In this document: positions 36,984 to 50,445 of the stretch, one piece after another | Layout of the letters: each line of letters starts with the position of its first letter | Numbering within the stretch: position 1 is the stretch's first letter | NCBI RefSeq assembly: GCF_000143415.4 | Contig: NW_003314404.1 | Coordinates: forward strand, 1 to 64,000 | DNA from: Selaginella moellendorffii | Taxonomy: Eukaryota > Plantae > Lycopodiophyta | Direction: 5' to 3' | Length of the DNA stretch: 64,000 nucleotides | Translations under genes and position numbers: made by a program | The notes under the pieces: generated by a model | Told to the model about the DNA's origin: nothing | The model's input: the letters and a program-made list of their open reading frames with translations, nothing else | The model's database searches: none

Positions 36984-38063
36984 ACTCCACCACCCATAGA
37001 AGAAGTTCGATGCCCACATCGAACGTCTCATTTTATCCTACGACTTGTTGACCATGTCTCCGGGGGCATCCCCCCACTTAGCGGTGTGCCTAAGTTAGCC
37101 TCCCCAGCCAAGAGCCCATGACAACGGAATATAGGTGTCCCTATACTCCTCACCTCACCACGCCCTAGTATAGGGTCGGGACTTGAACCCAGCCTTGCTT
37201 TACTAGGGGGTTGGGACTCGAATCCAACCTCCGTAGAATACGTCTACGGATTCAACATCCCCGCAGGGAGTCGGGCGTAGCTCCCTACGCCTGGTTGACC
37301 TAGCTAACCCATGCTAATTAGCTTACCTTCGGCGCGCCTTCGGGTCCCAACATATGCCACTTGCTCAACTTTGCAAATATATATTTTTAATTGAACTTTG
37401 CATAAGTACATAGAGTTCTGCCTTGCAGAAATTCCTCCACTAGATCTCGCGCGTTCGCTAGGTTCTCCTCCGGTTCCCATGTTGCTTCGCAGTGTGGAAA
37501 TCCTTTCCACTTTACATGGAACTCTCTCACCTCGCGTCCTTGTCGCTTGCTCTTGCGCGCATTGAGGATGGCCTCGACTTCGTATTCCTCTTCCCCTTGG
37601 ATAACCTCAGGTAAAGGTCTTACTTGGTCCTTGCGAAGCGGATCCTCAAAGTACGGCTTGAGTAAGTTCACATGGAACACTGGGTGCATCTTCCCCATCT
37701 CTCGAGGAAGTCAGAGTCGGTAAGCCACTTTACCGATTCGTGCCTCAATCTCGTAAGGCCCCGCGAACCTGCTTAAGGAACTCAAGATCAATTCATTTAC
37801 AGGAATACATGCATTTTTACCTTTGGGTCAACTTTCGGCTGATCCCACTTGGTAGCCTGAGGTTCTTGGTGTTCAGCCACACCTTCTCCCCAGCTTGGAA
37901 CTCTACATCCCGGCGCTTTAGGTTCGCGTACTTGGTTTGCCTTTGTTGAGCCCGTTCCAAGGAATCCCTCACTAGATTCCAAATGTTGAGTCTTTCCGCC
38001 GTGAATGCCTCCACTGCGGGTAACTCTCCATGATACTCGGCCACGCCGAGTTCCACAGGACCT

Positions 38064-40778
38064 TCAATAGCTCGTCCATACCATCTTCCCTTTTCCTGTT
38101 TGGTCCGTTAAGGGTAGGGCTACTCTCGAATAGTGTCTGATAAACTTTCGATAGTAGTTGCATAGCCCCAAGAACGCCCTCAACTCATGTACATTCGAAG
38201 GCCGCTCCCATTCCTGGATCGCTTGGACCTTCTCCGGGTCCACCTTGAGCCCGTTCTGGCCCACCACATGCCCGAGAAACTTTACCTCTTGTTGAGCAAA
38301 GTCACATTTGCTCTCTTTAGCATACAGTTTGTATTCCCTTAGTTTCTCAAACACCTTCGCCAAGTGTTCGGCATGCTCCTCTAGCGTCTCGCTATAGATC
38401 AGGATATCGTCGATATAGACGACCACGAAGTGATCCAGATAGGGTACAAAGATGTGGTTCATCAACGCCGAAAACGTTGCCGGCGCATTGCACAGCCCAA
38501 AGGGCATCACCAGAAACTCAAAGCTCCCATACCTCGTTCGACAGGTTGTCTTCTCGACATCTTCCTCAGCTACCCTGATCTGGTAGTATCCTGACCTTAG
38601 GTCAATCCTCGAGAAGTATTTTGCCTTTCCCAACCTATCGAACAGGTCCTCGATCCTTGGCAAAGGGTACTTGTTCTTTTTGGTATACTTGTTGAGCAAC
38701 CGGTAGTCTATGCACATGCGCATAGATCCATCTTTCTTTTTCACAAATAGCACCGGCGCCCCATACGGCGACTTGCTCAACCTAACATACCCTTTGTCCA
38801 CCAACTCCTCTAGTTGGCTTTTGAGCTCCTTGAGTTCCTTTTCGTTCAATCGATAGGGTGGACGAACCACCGCCTCAGCACCCTCGACCAGCTCAATCTT
38901 ATGTTCTATCGGTCGTGCGGGGGGCAACCCCACCGGTAGCTCCTCCGGCATGGTATCCTGGAATTGGTCCAGCACCTGCTGGATCACTAAAGGTACTTCT
39001 TCCGTTCTTGTCTTTTTTTCACTCTTCACCGAGAGTAAGCACAAAAAGGCTGCCTTAGTTCCTTTAGTGAGTTGTCCTCTCGTGGACACCAGGTTTAAGC
39101 ATGACTCTTTGGCCTTGCTTTGCCCTACCTTTAGATCCTGGGCCTCCACCCTAGATCTTCTTCCTTGGGCATTCGCCAATACCACAAGGTTCCTACCTTG
39201 TCCATGTAGGGCTACCACGAACCGATTAAACCAATCCATTCCAAAGATCACGTCAAATCCCGCCATGTCCAAGACGGTGAAATCCATGTCCACTTTCCAT
39301 GTCCCCACTTCGACTCTCGCTTGTCGAAGTACCTCATCGGTACTTTGGCTACCCTGAACAAACTCTATAGTCCTTGGTTCGCCTAGCCGCTGCACCGTTA
39401 GTCCGGCTTGCCGGACTATGTCTGCAGCCACAAAATTATCCGAAGCACCCGTGTCAATAAGGATCTTAACAAAGCTACCTTCGAGCTTCCCTCGGAGGGC
39501 TAGTAGATGTCGCGAACGACTCTCTACCAAAGTTGCTCGTGTAATGAGTAACTTTGAGTTAGGGACTGGATCACATACCTCAGTTTGGACTTCACCCGAC
39601 TTGATGGCCATATTGGCTCTGGCCTTCTTCGGGTAGGGACATTCCCTCGAGAAGTGTCCCGCTTCGCCGCAGTTGTAGCATACGTTGTTGCCCACGCTGC
39701 TATACGACTTGACCTTCTTATCCGTGGGTTTGTCTCTTTTCGCTTGACTTCCCCACGTACTCGCTTGCTGGCCACCGGATTTGCCTTTTCGGAACCCCGA
39801 GGACTCATTCTTAGAGAAACTCTTCTTGAATTTCCCCTTGCTATATGTTCCCCTCGGTTTGGCCCCTTTGTGAAACGTGGATCCCGACCCTGTCGTGTTC
39901 CCCTTTCGCAGGTTATTGTTGAAATGCACCTTGATGGCCGCATCCAACGCTTCCTTGTAGTTGGTCGGGTTCCAGCGCATCACCTCACTGCGAGCCCAGG
40001 TTTGCAAACCTGATATAAAGGCATGGAACGCATCCATATCCCCCATGTCCGTGACAAGTATCCTCTTTGCCATGAACCCATTCACATATTCCTGGATGGT
40101 TCCAGTCTGCTTCAGCCTACTCAGCTCATCTCTCAGATGCAGAGTGGCATTCGGAGGAACGTATGTCGCGCGGATCCTCGCCTTCATCATGTCCCAGGTG
40201 GCCACCGGTCCTTCGTTGGCCTCCGTTGTTCTCCACCAAGACTTGGCATTATCTGCCAAGTATGGTTTTGCACATGGGACCTTCTCCGAGCTCGGTAACC
40301 GCAACGCTCGGAAGTAGTCCTCCATATCGTAAAACCAATCCTCCACAACCTTATAGTCGTTCACTCCCTTGAACACCGGTGGGGGCTTTGGTTTGTACTT
40401 GGGAACTGCCTGAGGGACTGATTCCACTTCGGTCTGTTCGACCTTGTCTGGTTTTGCCTCAGTCCCTGCCGAAGGGTCCGCACCTTCTGCGCTACCAGCA
40501 TCCGCAGTCTTTCGCTTTTTCTTCCGCTTCTCGTCACGCTTTAACTTGCGTACGAGAGTCTCCAGCAGGGCATTGGTCTGTGCCAACTGTCCTTCTAGCA
40601 CGTCCAATCGAGCCTTGGACGACCGAACCTCGCCACCGGACTCCTGTTTGGAAGTTTCCTCACTGGAGTCCTCCTCATGCAAGGATTCCTCATCCATAGC
40701 CTCTTGTTCAACCGGAGGCTCCAGCTCCGGCGGAGGTTCCGTCTCCGCCTGGGTTCGCTTACGCCCTGCCCTTGCCAT
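38064..40778 (-). CDS. Gag-protease-reverse transcriptase polyprotein (904 aa), unit 3
   Basis: Same motifs as unit 2. Confidence 0.93.
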   Translation of the reverse strand: MARAGRKRTQAETEPPPELEPPVEQEAMDEESLHEEDSSEETSKQESGGEVRSSKARLDVLEGQLAQTNALLETLVRKLKRDEKRKKKRKTADAGSAEGADPSAGTEAKPDKVEQTEVESVPQAVPKYKPKPPPVFKGVNDYKVVEDWFYDMEDYFRALRLPSSEKVPCAKPYLADNAKSWWRTTEANEGPVATWDMMKARIRATYVPPNATLHLRDELSRLKQTGTIQEYVNGFMAKRILVTDMGDMDAFHAFISGLQTWARSEVMRWNPTNYKEALDAAIKVHFNNNLRKGNTTGSGSTFHKGAKPRGTYSKGKFKKSFSKNESSGFRKGKSGGQQASTWGSQAKRDKPTDKKVKSYSSVGNNVCYNCGEAGHFSRECPYPKKARANMAIKSGEVQTEVCDPVPNSKLLITRATLVESRSRHLLALRGKLEGSFVKILIDTGASDNFVAADIVRQAGLTVQRLGEPRTIEFVQGSQSTDEVLRQARVEVGTWKVDMDFTVLDMAGFDVIFGMDWFNRFVVALHGQGRNLVVLANAQGRRSRVEAQDLKVGQSKAKESCLNLVSTRGQLTKGTKAAFLCLLSVKSEKKTRTEEVPLVIQQVLDQFQDTMPEELPVGLPPARPIEHKIELVEGAEAVVRPPYRLNEKELKELKSQLEELVDKGYVRLSKSPYGAPVLFVKKKDGSMRMCIDYRLLNKYTKKNKYPLPRIEDLFDRLGKAKYFSRIDLRSGYYQIRVAEEDVEKTTCRTRYGSFEFLVMPFGLCNAPATFSALMNHIFVPYLDHFVVVYIDDILIYSETLEEHAEHLAKVFEKLREYKLYAKESKCDFAQQEVKFLGHVVGQNGLKVDPEKVQAIQEWERPSNVHELRAFLGLCNYYRKFIRHYSRVALPLTDQTGKGKMVWTSY

Positions 40779-40837
40779 CTCTCAGCAATCCGCCTCTATC
40801 CTTCGCTAGAACTGAGATAAAGGCTCTGATACTAAAT

Positions 40838-41990
40838 TGTAAGCCACAAATTTTTCCTTTCCAATTTGCCAGCTTACCTCGACTATCCGTCCAACACTGC
40901 CTTGGCTTTCGCTAAGTTCCCTTGCCAAGGTTCTCGCCTATGGTACCAGCTCCTACTTGGTCTCAGCTACTCCCTGCACGAGCAACGGAGTGTTAGCCAT
41001 CCATCCACGGATTCCCAAATCACTCCCAATCCCCCTCCCCGGGTTAGACTGGACTTAAGGTTCGGCTACACTCCCCACAAGCACAAACAGCCAAGCACAC
41101 CAAGCTTCCAGGTTCCTAACATCCTTTGGTACCACAAGACTTGATCATGGGACCCTCTAAATCCCAAGTCTTGAGTGCAACACTTGCTTCGGGACGCCGG
41201 GGCGAAATACCGTGGCCTAGCGGCCCGGTATGGGTACCTCTCGCCCCCCACTTCCATCCCGAAGGAAGGCCCAAGCCCCTAGGAAGGGCGAGGACCAATG
41301 AGCCGCATGGTACTCAAGTGGGGCACCACTCCACATGAGCCGGGAGCACCGCGATCGGTTTCCCTTTCGGGAGTGGGAGCTGCTCTTGAGCACTTCCTTG
41401 GATGGCCCCTCCGGCACCAGCCAAGTCCATGCTCACTCCCACCCAAGGCCCCTCGGTCCCAGTCTCAACCTCAAGTCGGTTTGGAAGCCCAACTGGAGAG
41501 TCCCTTCAAAACTGGTTCCTGGACCTCACTATCCCTACTATACTTTTGGAACCCCCTACAGCCCCCCCCCCCCCCCCTGGGAGACGCACGCTTTGGGCTT
41601 TCACCCCTTGACCCGTATTAGTATTTGGACTTAGTCTCTGGCTCGATCTCGGACCCGATTTCGGATCCGACTTCGGATTCGGTTTCGGACTTGATCTCGG
41701 ACTCGATCTCGGACCCGATCTTGGACCCAACCTCGGACTCGACCTCGGACTCGGTCTCGGACCCGATTTCAGATCTCGGACTCCGTCTCGAACTCGGTCT
41801 CGAACTCGGACTCGAACTTGGTCCCCGAGTCGGTCTTGGACTCGATTCCGGACCCGATCTCGAACTCGGTCCTAAAGTCGGTCTTGGACTCGATCTTCGA
41901 CTTGGTCCCATCCGATGAACTCTTTGTCATTTTGGTCATGCTTTCGGGGTTCCTTTAGCCTACGACACCTCGGCGAGTTGGTTCCTTACA
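40838..41990 (-). repeat. LTR 4 (5'-most, 1153 bp)
   Basis: Ends CTTACA and is immediately followed by the TSD ATGGT. Confidence 0.95.
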
Positions 41991-41995
41991 ATGGT

Positions 41996-43220
41996 GTCAT
42001 TCCTACTCCTAGATTTGCAATCTAGCGTTATTGCATATTTAGTAAGTAACAAAAGTATGCCAAAATCATGCTAGACATTGTCTGATACTATTTTGTGTGC
42101 AAGTGTTAGATATGGGGAGTTGGTCCTCATAGGATTGAGAGTGTACTATACCCTTGTTTCATAACGTAACATGCTTAGAATTTAGCTCCAAATTTATGTA
42201 CGTTATAATACTCAGCCTGAAATGAGACTGACTTGCACTTACTAGTGTTGGAACCCTCACAATATTAAACTTAATCTTTCAACATTTCCTAAATGATAAC
42301 TTACTGTATCTACCAAGACATTCTAGCTATCATGCCCTGGTTCTATTAGTTATTTATAAAAAGTGTTTAGATTTACTAGTTAAACATATCTATGGAATGT
42401 AAAGAATATCTTAAATACGATGGTGTTGTTCCCATATCCAAATTCACAATTTAGCACTATTCCATGTTTAATAAATTCTCAAGTTTGCCCTAAAGATTAA
42501 TCCTAGAATTGGTATGAAAGTGGTTTAATATAGTGATGGGTGGGCGAGAGGAGGGGGAGGTTATACTAACTTGAGACATTATTTAGCTCCTTTTTGTGTG
42601 TATTTGTCTTTGTTCTTCCTTCAACTTAGGTATAAGCCCAAGTTTCATATTTTTGTATTAGACCACTAATATGCTAAAATGGCACTAATTTTCATTTGGT
42701 TCTATTTTACATGATGCTAGATGCTCTAAGATTGTCCCAATATTGTTTTGTGTTATTATTCCTTCACCCTTTGGTTGTATGCTCAGGAGTTGTTTATTGC
42801 TCTTAGTCTTTTACTCCTTAGCTTACATAGAGTTTGCAAACACTGCTCAGTGTGAAAAGGGTCATTTTTTAAAAAACTTTTAGAGCATTCATTTCACATC
42901 TAGCCCTACACTCAAGAATTGCTCATTACTTATATCTTTTTGCTCCTTAGTTGTATACTCAAGAGTTACATTATACATCTATTTTTTTGCTCCTTGGCTA
43001 TATATTTGGGAGTTTGACTCCATCCCTCTATTTAGTGGCCCAAGGTCCTAAACCTCAGGCCCCACTTCATTGACATGTCTAATGGTTAGGTTCCACTCTA
43101 TAGTTATTTAATAGTAATACAACATAGGGTAAAGAGTAAAAACCATATATAGTATCAAAGGATTAGTCTCAACAAGTATTATCTAATAAAGTTGGGCAAT
43201 TAATTTTGTTGTATACAAGT
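41996..43220 (+). mobile_element. Continuation of the old LTR (begun at 25396) into which the array inserted, plus a PBS remnant
   Basis: The sequence rejoined across the TSD matches 42400-42470 and the reverse complement of 17700-17770. TAGTATCAAAG at about 43148 is followed by a leader like the reverse complement of 17020-17085. Confidence 0.55.
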
Positions 43221-46200
43221 GGGGATAATTTTCTAGAATAAAGATTTTTCTGCTTATAGTCTATGTGGTGCCAATACCATGATTTGTCAGATAATGTAAA
43301 TTGAATCTTTTTTATATATTTTTTTTGTCTACTACTCAGTATTAACTACTAAATACTTTTCATTTTTGTTTTACAAACTTGGAAATGTAAATGTTCCTGG
43401 TTTAACAACAAAATATAAGAGGCCAAGTTCATAGTTAAATTTATCTATACCCACCGGACTGTCTTGGAAATATTTTGCAATAAGAGAATTTAAGACTTAG
43501 TAAATTAAAAGCTAATGAAATATATGGAAACTATAAAAAAAAAATTGCTATAATTATGACTATTTGAGATATTTTTAACATCTCTATTCAAAAGCTAAAA
43601 TGGATCATCCCATTCATATTGAGCCATAGAAGAAAATTAACATTTATTTAATTGAACAGGTTTGCCTTTATCTACAATATACTAATGAAGTTTAAGGATG
43701 TTTTAAGGCTTGTTTTCAACAGGCTTGAATTCAGAGAATGGGAGTGTAAATTAACAAACTCTAAATCCCAAACTAAAACTCTAAATATGGTAAGAGTTTA
43801 AAGTGTTATGAATAATGATGCACTTTAGAAAATAATAAATAGTGGCATCCAAGTTGTTGGATTGCAAGGGACCTATTATAGGGATTATATAAGAAACATA
43901 ATATTTAGTGGTAAAATGATTACTTTCTATCTCTTTTGTTTGATGCCTTTGGCTCTTAGTGTTTCACTCACAGTCTATACCCTTTTACAGCTTTTTTCAG
44001 AATATATGACTAAATTTAAAGTAGTTGACTAAAGAAAATGTTTTGAAGCTTTCAAAACACTTTAAAATGTGCTGTAAAAAATATGTTAGAGAATTTTATA
44101 TGACTACACATCTTTTACATTCTAAAAATCCCAAGGATATTCAGTTTTTGGATTCAGCAATCTGGATTAGCATAAGCATTAATGTGACTAACACACAAGT
44201 TTTATAAACCTACAATTCCTACATATATCAGATGGGATAATAGAAATAAAAATGGGATATAAATTAGGAAGTTACTAATTGGAAGATCTAAATGAAGACA
44301 CAAGTTGAGCCACATATAGTTTAGAGCACATTTGGTGATGGAAAACAAGCCTCTTTACTTAAAAAGATGGCAATGGCTATCCTATAACAAACCTTTTCAA
44401 ATAATAGTAAATGGCTTCTTTCATTTTCTTACAGTTAAAGACCAATTTTTTTGTTTTATGGAGTTGCTGAGAGGGGTTTCCAACTCACAAAACTTTATAC
44501 ACTATATCTTTAGTAACTAATTGTAAATGGATTGCAATTATAAGTTAGTCTATATCTATTTCAATGAGCAATGTTGAAATATGAAAAACAATTGCCACTT
44601 TACAAAAATGGATGATTATAACAAGTAAAATTTGTAGTTTTAACTTTGCTCAAAACACTATAGTTTGTTTTTATATGCACGCCAGAAAATCAATTTCCAT
44701 CAAATGTAAATGGCAAAGATCCTAAAGATTAATCAATCAAAAGGCATTTTTAGTCCAAATATCAATAGGAGGGTGTGATCTAGAATGATGATAATTCATT
44801 TAGTATATCAAGAATAGAAAGTAAATATGAGGTTCAATCAAGAAAAAATGCTAGCAACATTAGATATGAAACTGGTGGAGGATGGTAAGTATTTTACATT
44901 CGAAGGAAATTAACTTTACTTGAGTTTTAACTTCTTTCTTTCTTACTTTTTTATAGCATTTCACTTGTTCTCAGCATTGCAACTAGCAAAACTTTTGGTG
45001 GTGGTAGTGGTGATAGAGGAGCAAACCAAAAAGCCATAGCATCCTTTTGGGGTTGAAATCTTAGGGTTATTGTCATACAACACATAAATAAACATAAAGG
45101 TAAAGCTAGGGAAGATATCATACAAAATTTTGATGCTTGTATTCCTAGATAAAATCAATATTAAGAAGTTGAAAATAATAATATGTATATGTATGGATGC
45201 ATACTCATTTAATTTTGGAGGTGTTGCTACCATTACTTTACAACAACATTTTATAACACTTCACAACATTTTATGGTACTATTGTAGATGTGAAGACTTT
45301 GGATTTAGAGATTGCATGGCAAAGGAGTATTGGTATTGGTAGAGGTGGTCCACATGGATATAGAGGTGTTGCTCCCACTATAGTTGTTTGTGCAAGTCCT
45401 ACTAATGGCATTAGTAGGAACACTAGCCACAAGGAAGATTATGCAAAAATCACAAATTAGTAATAGTAAAGAGAAATAGTAGAAAGAAAACCTCCTAATA
45501 AGAGTGTAAGAGTAGTGCTAGCAAGTATAAATAGCCCCACAAACAACTGCATACCTTTAAGAACTTTATGTTGTTATCCACTATAAGAAGGAATATATCA
45601 TGCCAAACATTGGATTTATGAATGATTGAATGACTGCAAAAAAATAAAAGTAACATCATTTCATTTATTTATAGATAGATAGTTTTAGTTAGTAGTGTTT
45701 ATGAGTACTGATATGTCAAATAGCTAATACTTTCATTCCTTCTTGTAAAAGTGTTTTTTGTAGATAATTTATGTCATTCTAACAAGTGATCAAACAAGTT
45801 GATCAATTCACTATATCCTCTTTCTTATAATCCTACTACACTCAAAAGTTTCCATTATTATTACCTGATATAAGAGTTGTTTGTTGTGGTGGTTATGCTC
45901 TAAATTCTAGTGCCTCTAGTAGCAAAGGCCCAAGCAAGAGCCCCTACATTAGGACTCATTAGTTACCTATAAGAAATTCCTCAACCAAAGCATAATTATT
46001 AAATCTTTTATACTTTTCTTAAAGGAAGAAGGAAACAAGAAATAAATGTTTTCTTTACCTTGCATTAACATATTCATCCCATCCCACAATTTTTGCCTCT
46101 GACTGGATTGATATGCAAGTAATGAATAAATGGCACTATATTATACTATTATATATACTATAATATAGTATTTAATACCCAAAAGAGTATAATTATATTT

Positions 46201-47339
46201 CTTTTAACACAAAACTTGAGCCTTGATTTAATAAGTATTTCTAAAATATTAAAATCAATGTTCTAGATCAAAATCATGGAAAATATAATTTCAAAATCTC
46301 ACAAATTTGCTCACGCTAAACTCTATTAGATCAAGGCTAATTCAATTTACACCATACCTAAAAAAAAATCATTAGGCAAATAACTGCCTTGTTAGCTGTG
46401 TTAGCAACATGTAAGCAATTAAAAAGAACAGCTTGAGAAAAATTTTATTAAAATTTAAAGATAAAGGGAAAGGGCCCCTAAATAAGAATACTATTATTAA
46501 CATTATCATTTATACTGGCCCATTTGAGAATTTGCTTATTTCATTGTCAACATTATATTTCCCACCTAGAGCTTTACATTTGTTATGGTCCTTAATGTTA
46601 ATACCTCTACTTGTATTCCCTGGATCTCATACCATGTCTCCACATGATCCAAGACAAGTGACAAACAAACTAGACCTAAGAAAAATCACTAACTAAGTTA
46701 TCTAGTAAAATATTTAATCTATGATTAACCTTAAATGGCCTTAGATTTCCAGAATTAAGATTAACATACCACTATATCTCACTGTCCACCAAACCATACT
46801 CACCACCTCCATCCTTGAGTTCTCTAGAGCTTTCATGGGTGACTCTCATGTAAGCACCATGCAGAATCTTGGTGCCCAAAAGCTTTCAATGGCTTGCTAT
46901 TTCTTGGGATGCTCTCATGCCACTAGCTCCTGGGTGCAAGCAAGTTCTCTCTCATTTTCTTATCATTTTCCACTCTCATTTATTTGTTAGTGAGCACTCC
47001 ACTCCAAAATATATGAAACAGGTTGCCTTCAATTTTGGCTGGCTGGTGTTGATATTAATACTTAAAATGAGTCACACAAATGACCTTTTGGCTCAATGCT
47101 CTCAATGAGTTTGGCTCTCAACCTTAGGGGCTTAAAAAAACCCAAAACCATGCAATTCATAGGCTTTACTCATACTGAAATAGATTGGAATAATATAAAT
47201 GACTTAATAACTGCATCTACTAAGCACAGATTTATGCTTCACCAAACAATAAAAAATGACAGATCTTGGTGAATTATTGTATTGCTTTGGATTATAAATT
47301 AAATGTGATCATTCTCTTTGTAAATCAGTTCTCTTTCAA

Positions 47340-48010
47340 GAGAAATATACTACTGGCATTATTGCATGCTATTCAAATGTGCAAACACCAATCTATATCC
47401 ACTGATGATAAACTATCTAAAGCAAATCTTCAATGCATTGAGGGGGAGAAATGGTGGATGGCAGACAAGCCTTACCAACATTTTGTAGGATTTATCATAT
47501 ATCTTGCCGCAAGTAGGCCAAATATTACTACTAGTATTGTAAATGTGAGTCTTTTCCTAAATAATCCAAGACAAAAACACTAGTATGCAGCAAAAATTCT
47601 AAACTATTTTCGAGGTACATCCAAATTGGGATTGTTTACTCTGGTCTTAAAGCTTCTGAAGTCATCGGCTATACCAATGACTTAGGAGGATTGAAAGTCT
47701 AAAAGTGGATGGTGCTGTCTCTTGGGCATGCAAGAAACAAAAGACAGTTGTTCTCTTAACATGTGAAGATGGATACAATGCAATTACCTCAGCCACAAAA
47801 AAAGTAATTTGGTTGAGAAGACTTCTAGCAAACATGGGACTTCCATCCTACAATTGTCTACAACAATACTTCAGCTTTAGCCATAATTGAAAATCTGGTC
47901 TTTCATGCTAGAACAAAGCACATTGAGATGCATCACTTTACAAAGGAGCAAGTGAAATGATGGTCGATATTCTCACGAAATCTCTTCCAATAGAAGCTTT
48001 CAGAAAACAT
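47340..48010 (+). mobile_element. Ty1/copia RT/RNase H fragment (decayed)
   Basis: PYQHFVGFIIYLAASRPNI, GAVSWACKKQKTVVLLTCE, FHARTKHIE. Confidence 0.8.
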
Positions 48011-49144
48011 TGAGCCAAGCACATAAACTTCTTTATTGAACTATTGATTTAAGGTAGTTTAGAAAACTAACGTATTTGAATTTGATGCATTCCTCTCTCA
48101 ACTGTGTCGAGAGATCTCTTTTTCTTTTTTTGTCTTACACCACGAATCATCCACTTCAATCGTGGATGCTTGGTCATGTAGAAACTTTGCGGAAGTCTTA
48201 GAAACCAAATTCTTCGTTGCTAGAGGCCGGTGAGTACGCTCGAACTTCTTCATACGAAGAGCTTCCACATCATAGTGGCATAAAAAAAGGGAAGAGTTCT
48301 TTGTGCTCAGGCAAGGACGTTTTTTATCTTATTCGATAGATCTGGTTGCCCCCGACTTTTTTGCGCGAGCTTGAAAGAAACACAGAGTTTTTCCCGGGCG
48401 GAGACAAATGATGCTAGCTCAAGTTCTTCTCCCAGAGGCTTGTGACCGTCATCCAAAAAAAAAGTATACTTATTTTGTGTATAAAACTTTTTGTTTTGCG
48501 AATTGCATTGTGAAGTTGGACAAGGGAATTAGAGGCGTGGAGTACTTGATTCTCCACAGCAGTGAGGCCAGATCACCGAGAAAAAATGACTAAAAGAAAG
48601 CTTTTTTTTAATTCTTCCACTCTTCGCGAGCCAGGTTCTACTCGTCATCCTTTCGTGAACTGACATGAAAAAACTAATCTCGTGGAAGGACGTCGCCGAA
48701 ACTTCATTAACAGGAGCTTTGACGTGGGAGATTTTGTCTCAAGTAAGCGCGTGAGCTCGGCCAAATGGCACGTATTTGCAATTATTTAAATATCAGGTCC
48801 TGGAGGATGTAAGTTGTCTCTTGCTCGGTCGCGGGACACGCTATTGAACTGTTGCTTGACAGGAACCTTGAATGCGTCCAGCGTAATGGGAGCTCCTCCC
48901 TGGCTCACATCAGATCACTTGTTCCAGAAGAATTCATCCAATTGCTGAGCGGCCGACGTGCATTGCACGACCGAAACTATTCCCCTCGCGAAGAGATTCG
49001 CTTTTAATTTTAGCCATACGGAACACATGCATCCCCCGACATAAATTCACTCGAGCACCAAAAACCTCGGTGTACCGATCTTTCCATCAATCGATCTATC
49101 GCCACCAAAGTTAATGCTGCTGGCGCTCCAAAACCTTTCAAACG

Positions 49145-50156
49145 ATGTTGCTGATAAAGATCGTCGTCACTGGATTCCTCTCCTCGCTACTACTGCTTAG
49201 AACCGAAGCGTCGGATGATCATCGCCAACACCACTTTGTTCTCGTCCATGGAGCCGGGCATGGCGCTTGGTGCTGGTACAAAGTCACAAACCTCCTCCAT
49301 AAGGCCGGACACAAGGTGGACGCCATCGATCTCTTGAGCGCCGGGATCAGCAGCTTCGATCCCACCAGGGTTGGAACTCTTGTCAGATATACGTCTCCAC
49401 TGGTGGATTTCCTGGAGCAGCTGCCTCACAACGGCACGGTAGTTCATCCTGTTCGGATTGATCACTCACGCTATTGGATTTCCTGTATACTTCAGGTCGT
49501 GCTGGTCGGGCACAGCCTTGGAGGCGCGAGCCTCACGTACGCGCTGGAGAAATTCCCGGAAAAGATTGTTGCAGCGATCTACGTCGCGGGGCTGATGCTT
49601 CCCAGTGGACGCGCTGGCACCGCGCTCAACAACCAGGTTCGTCAATCGATCGATCGCTAGAAAAGAATTCCTCAATGCTTGTGCGAATTCGCAGCTCCAG
49701 GGAAGACTGCCACTGCCCGGCCCTGCAGGAACCGTGCCTCTGGCAATCCCATTCCAGCTCGATCTCGTCCAAAATCTCCTCTACAATCTCTCGCCGCCTG
49801 AGGTAGGACGAAACCAAACCCCCATCTTCCAAGAAACCCCGAAATATTTCCTGGATTCCATCCAATCGATATGATCGATCGATGCGCAGAACGTGGAGCT
49901 GGCGAAATCCCTCCTCAAGCCCGTGCCAGTGCTGGATCCCGCCGTGAATTTCACGCAGGCGCGCTACGGCAGCGTCCCGCGCTACTTCATCAAGACCGAT
50001 CACGACAATGTCGTGCTGCCCCAGGACCAAGATTTGCTCATACGTACCACTCCCCCGATCGGTGTCTTCAGGATCTCCTCGGATCACACACCCTTCTTCT
50101 CGAATCCTAGCGGTCTCGCGAGCGTTTTGGACCGCATCGCAAGAACGCTTCCATGA
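49145..50156 (+). CDS. SABP2/MES-family methylesterase (alpha/beta hydrolase), 4 exons
   Basis: HFVLVHGAGHGAWCWYK, nucleophile GHSLGG, SDHTPFFS. Introns at 49439-49495, 49637-49694 and 49804-49889. Confidence 0.92.
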
Positions 50157-50203
50157 TCCATTTAACCCTTTCCATCTTCAAACAACTAACCTGCTTAAGC
50201 AAA

Positions 50204-50284
50204 GTTGACATGGCCGAGTTGGTCTAAGGCGCCAGATTAAGGTTCTGGTCCGCAAGGGCGTGGGTTCGAATCCCACTGTCAACA
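50204..50284 (+). tRNA. tRNA-Leu (anticodon AAG)
   Basis: Acceptor stem GTTGACA/TGTCAAC, A-box TGGCCGAGTTGG, anticodon arm CCAGA-TTAAGGT-TCTGG, long variable arm, GGTTCGAATCC, T5 terminator at 50291-50295. Confidence 0.96.
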
Positions 50285-50445
50285 GACACCTTTTTAGTGC
50301 TACTTTACTAGATCACTTGGGCATTATTCTATTTTTCTTAGATCCATTTACCCTAGTTTTGCTCGTCGAGCTCGTCTTGGATCGCGGGGCCGGGAGGGAA
50401 GGAATGCGAGGCATGGCGTGAGATCTAGGGCTTAGCTTCCAGGGA

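Larger units (their letters stand above)
25826..41990 (-). mobile_element. Head-to-tail array of a young Ty3/gypsy chromovirus derivative (LTR-I-LTR-I-LTR-I-LTR) with a single TSD
   Basis: Periods of 5005, 5004 and 5003 bp. TGTAAG...CTTACA termini. TSD ATGGT at 25821-25825 and 41991-41995. Confidence 0.97.

Noticed and set aside
43300-47200. AT-rich region with short ORFs, possibly a decayed DNA transposon
   Set aside because: No motif or terminus could be supported.
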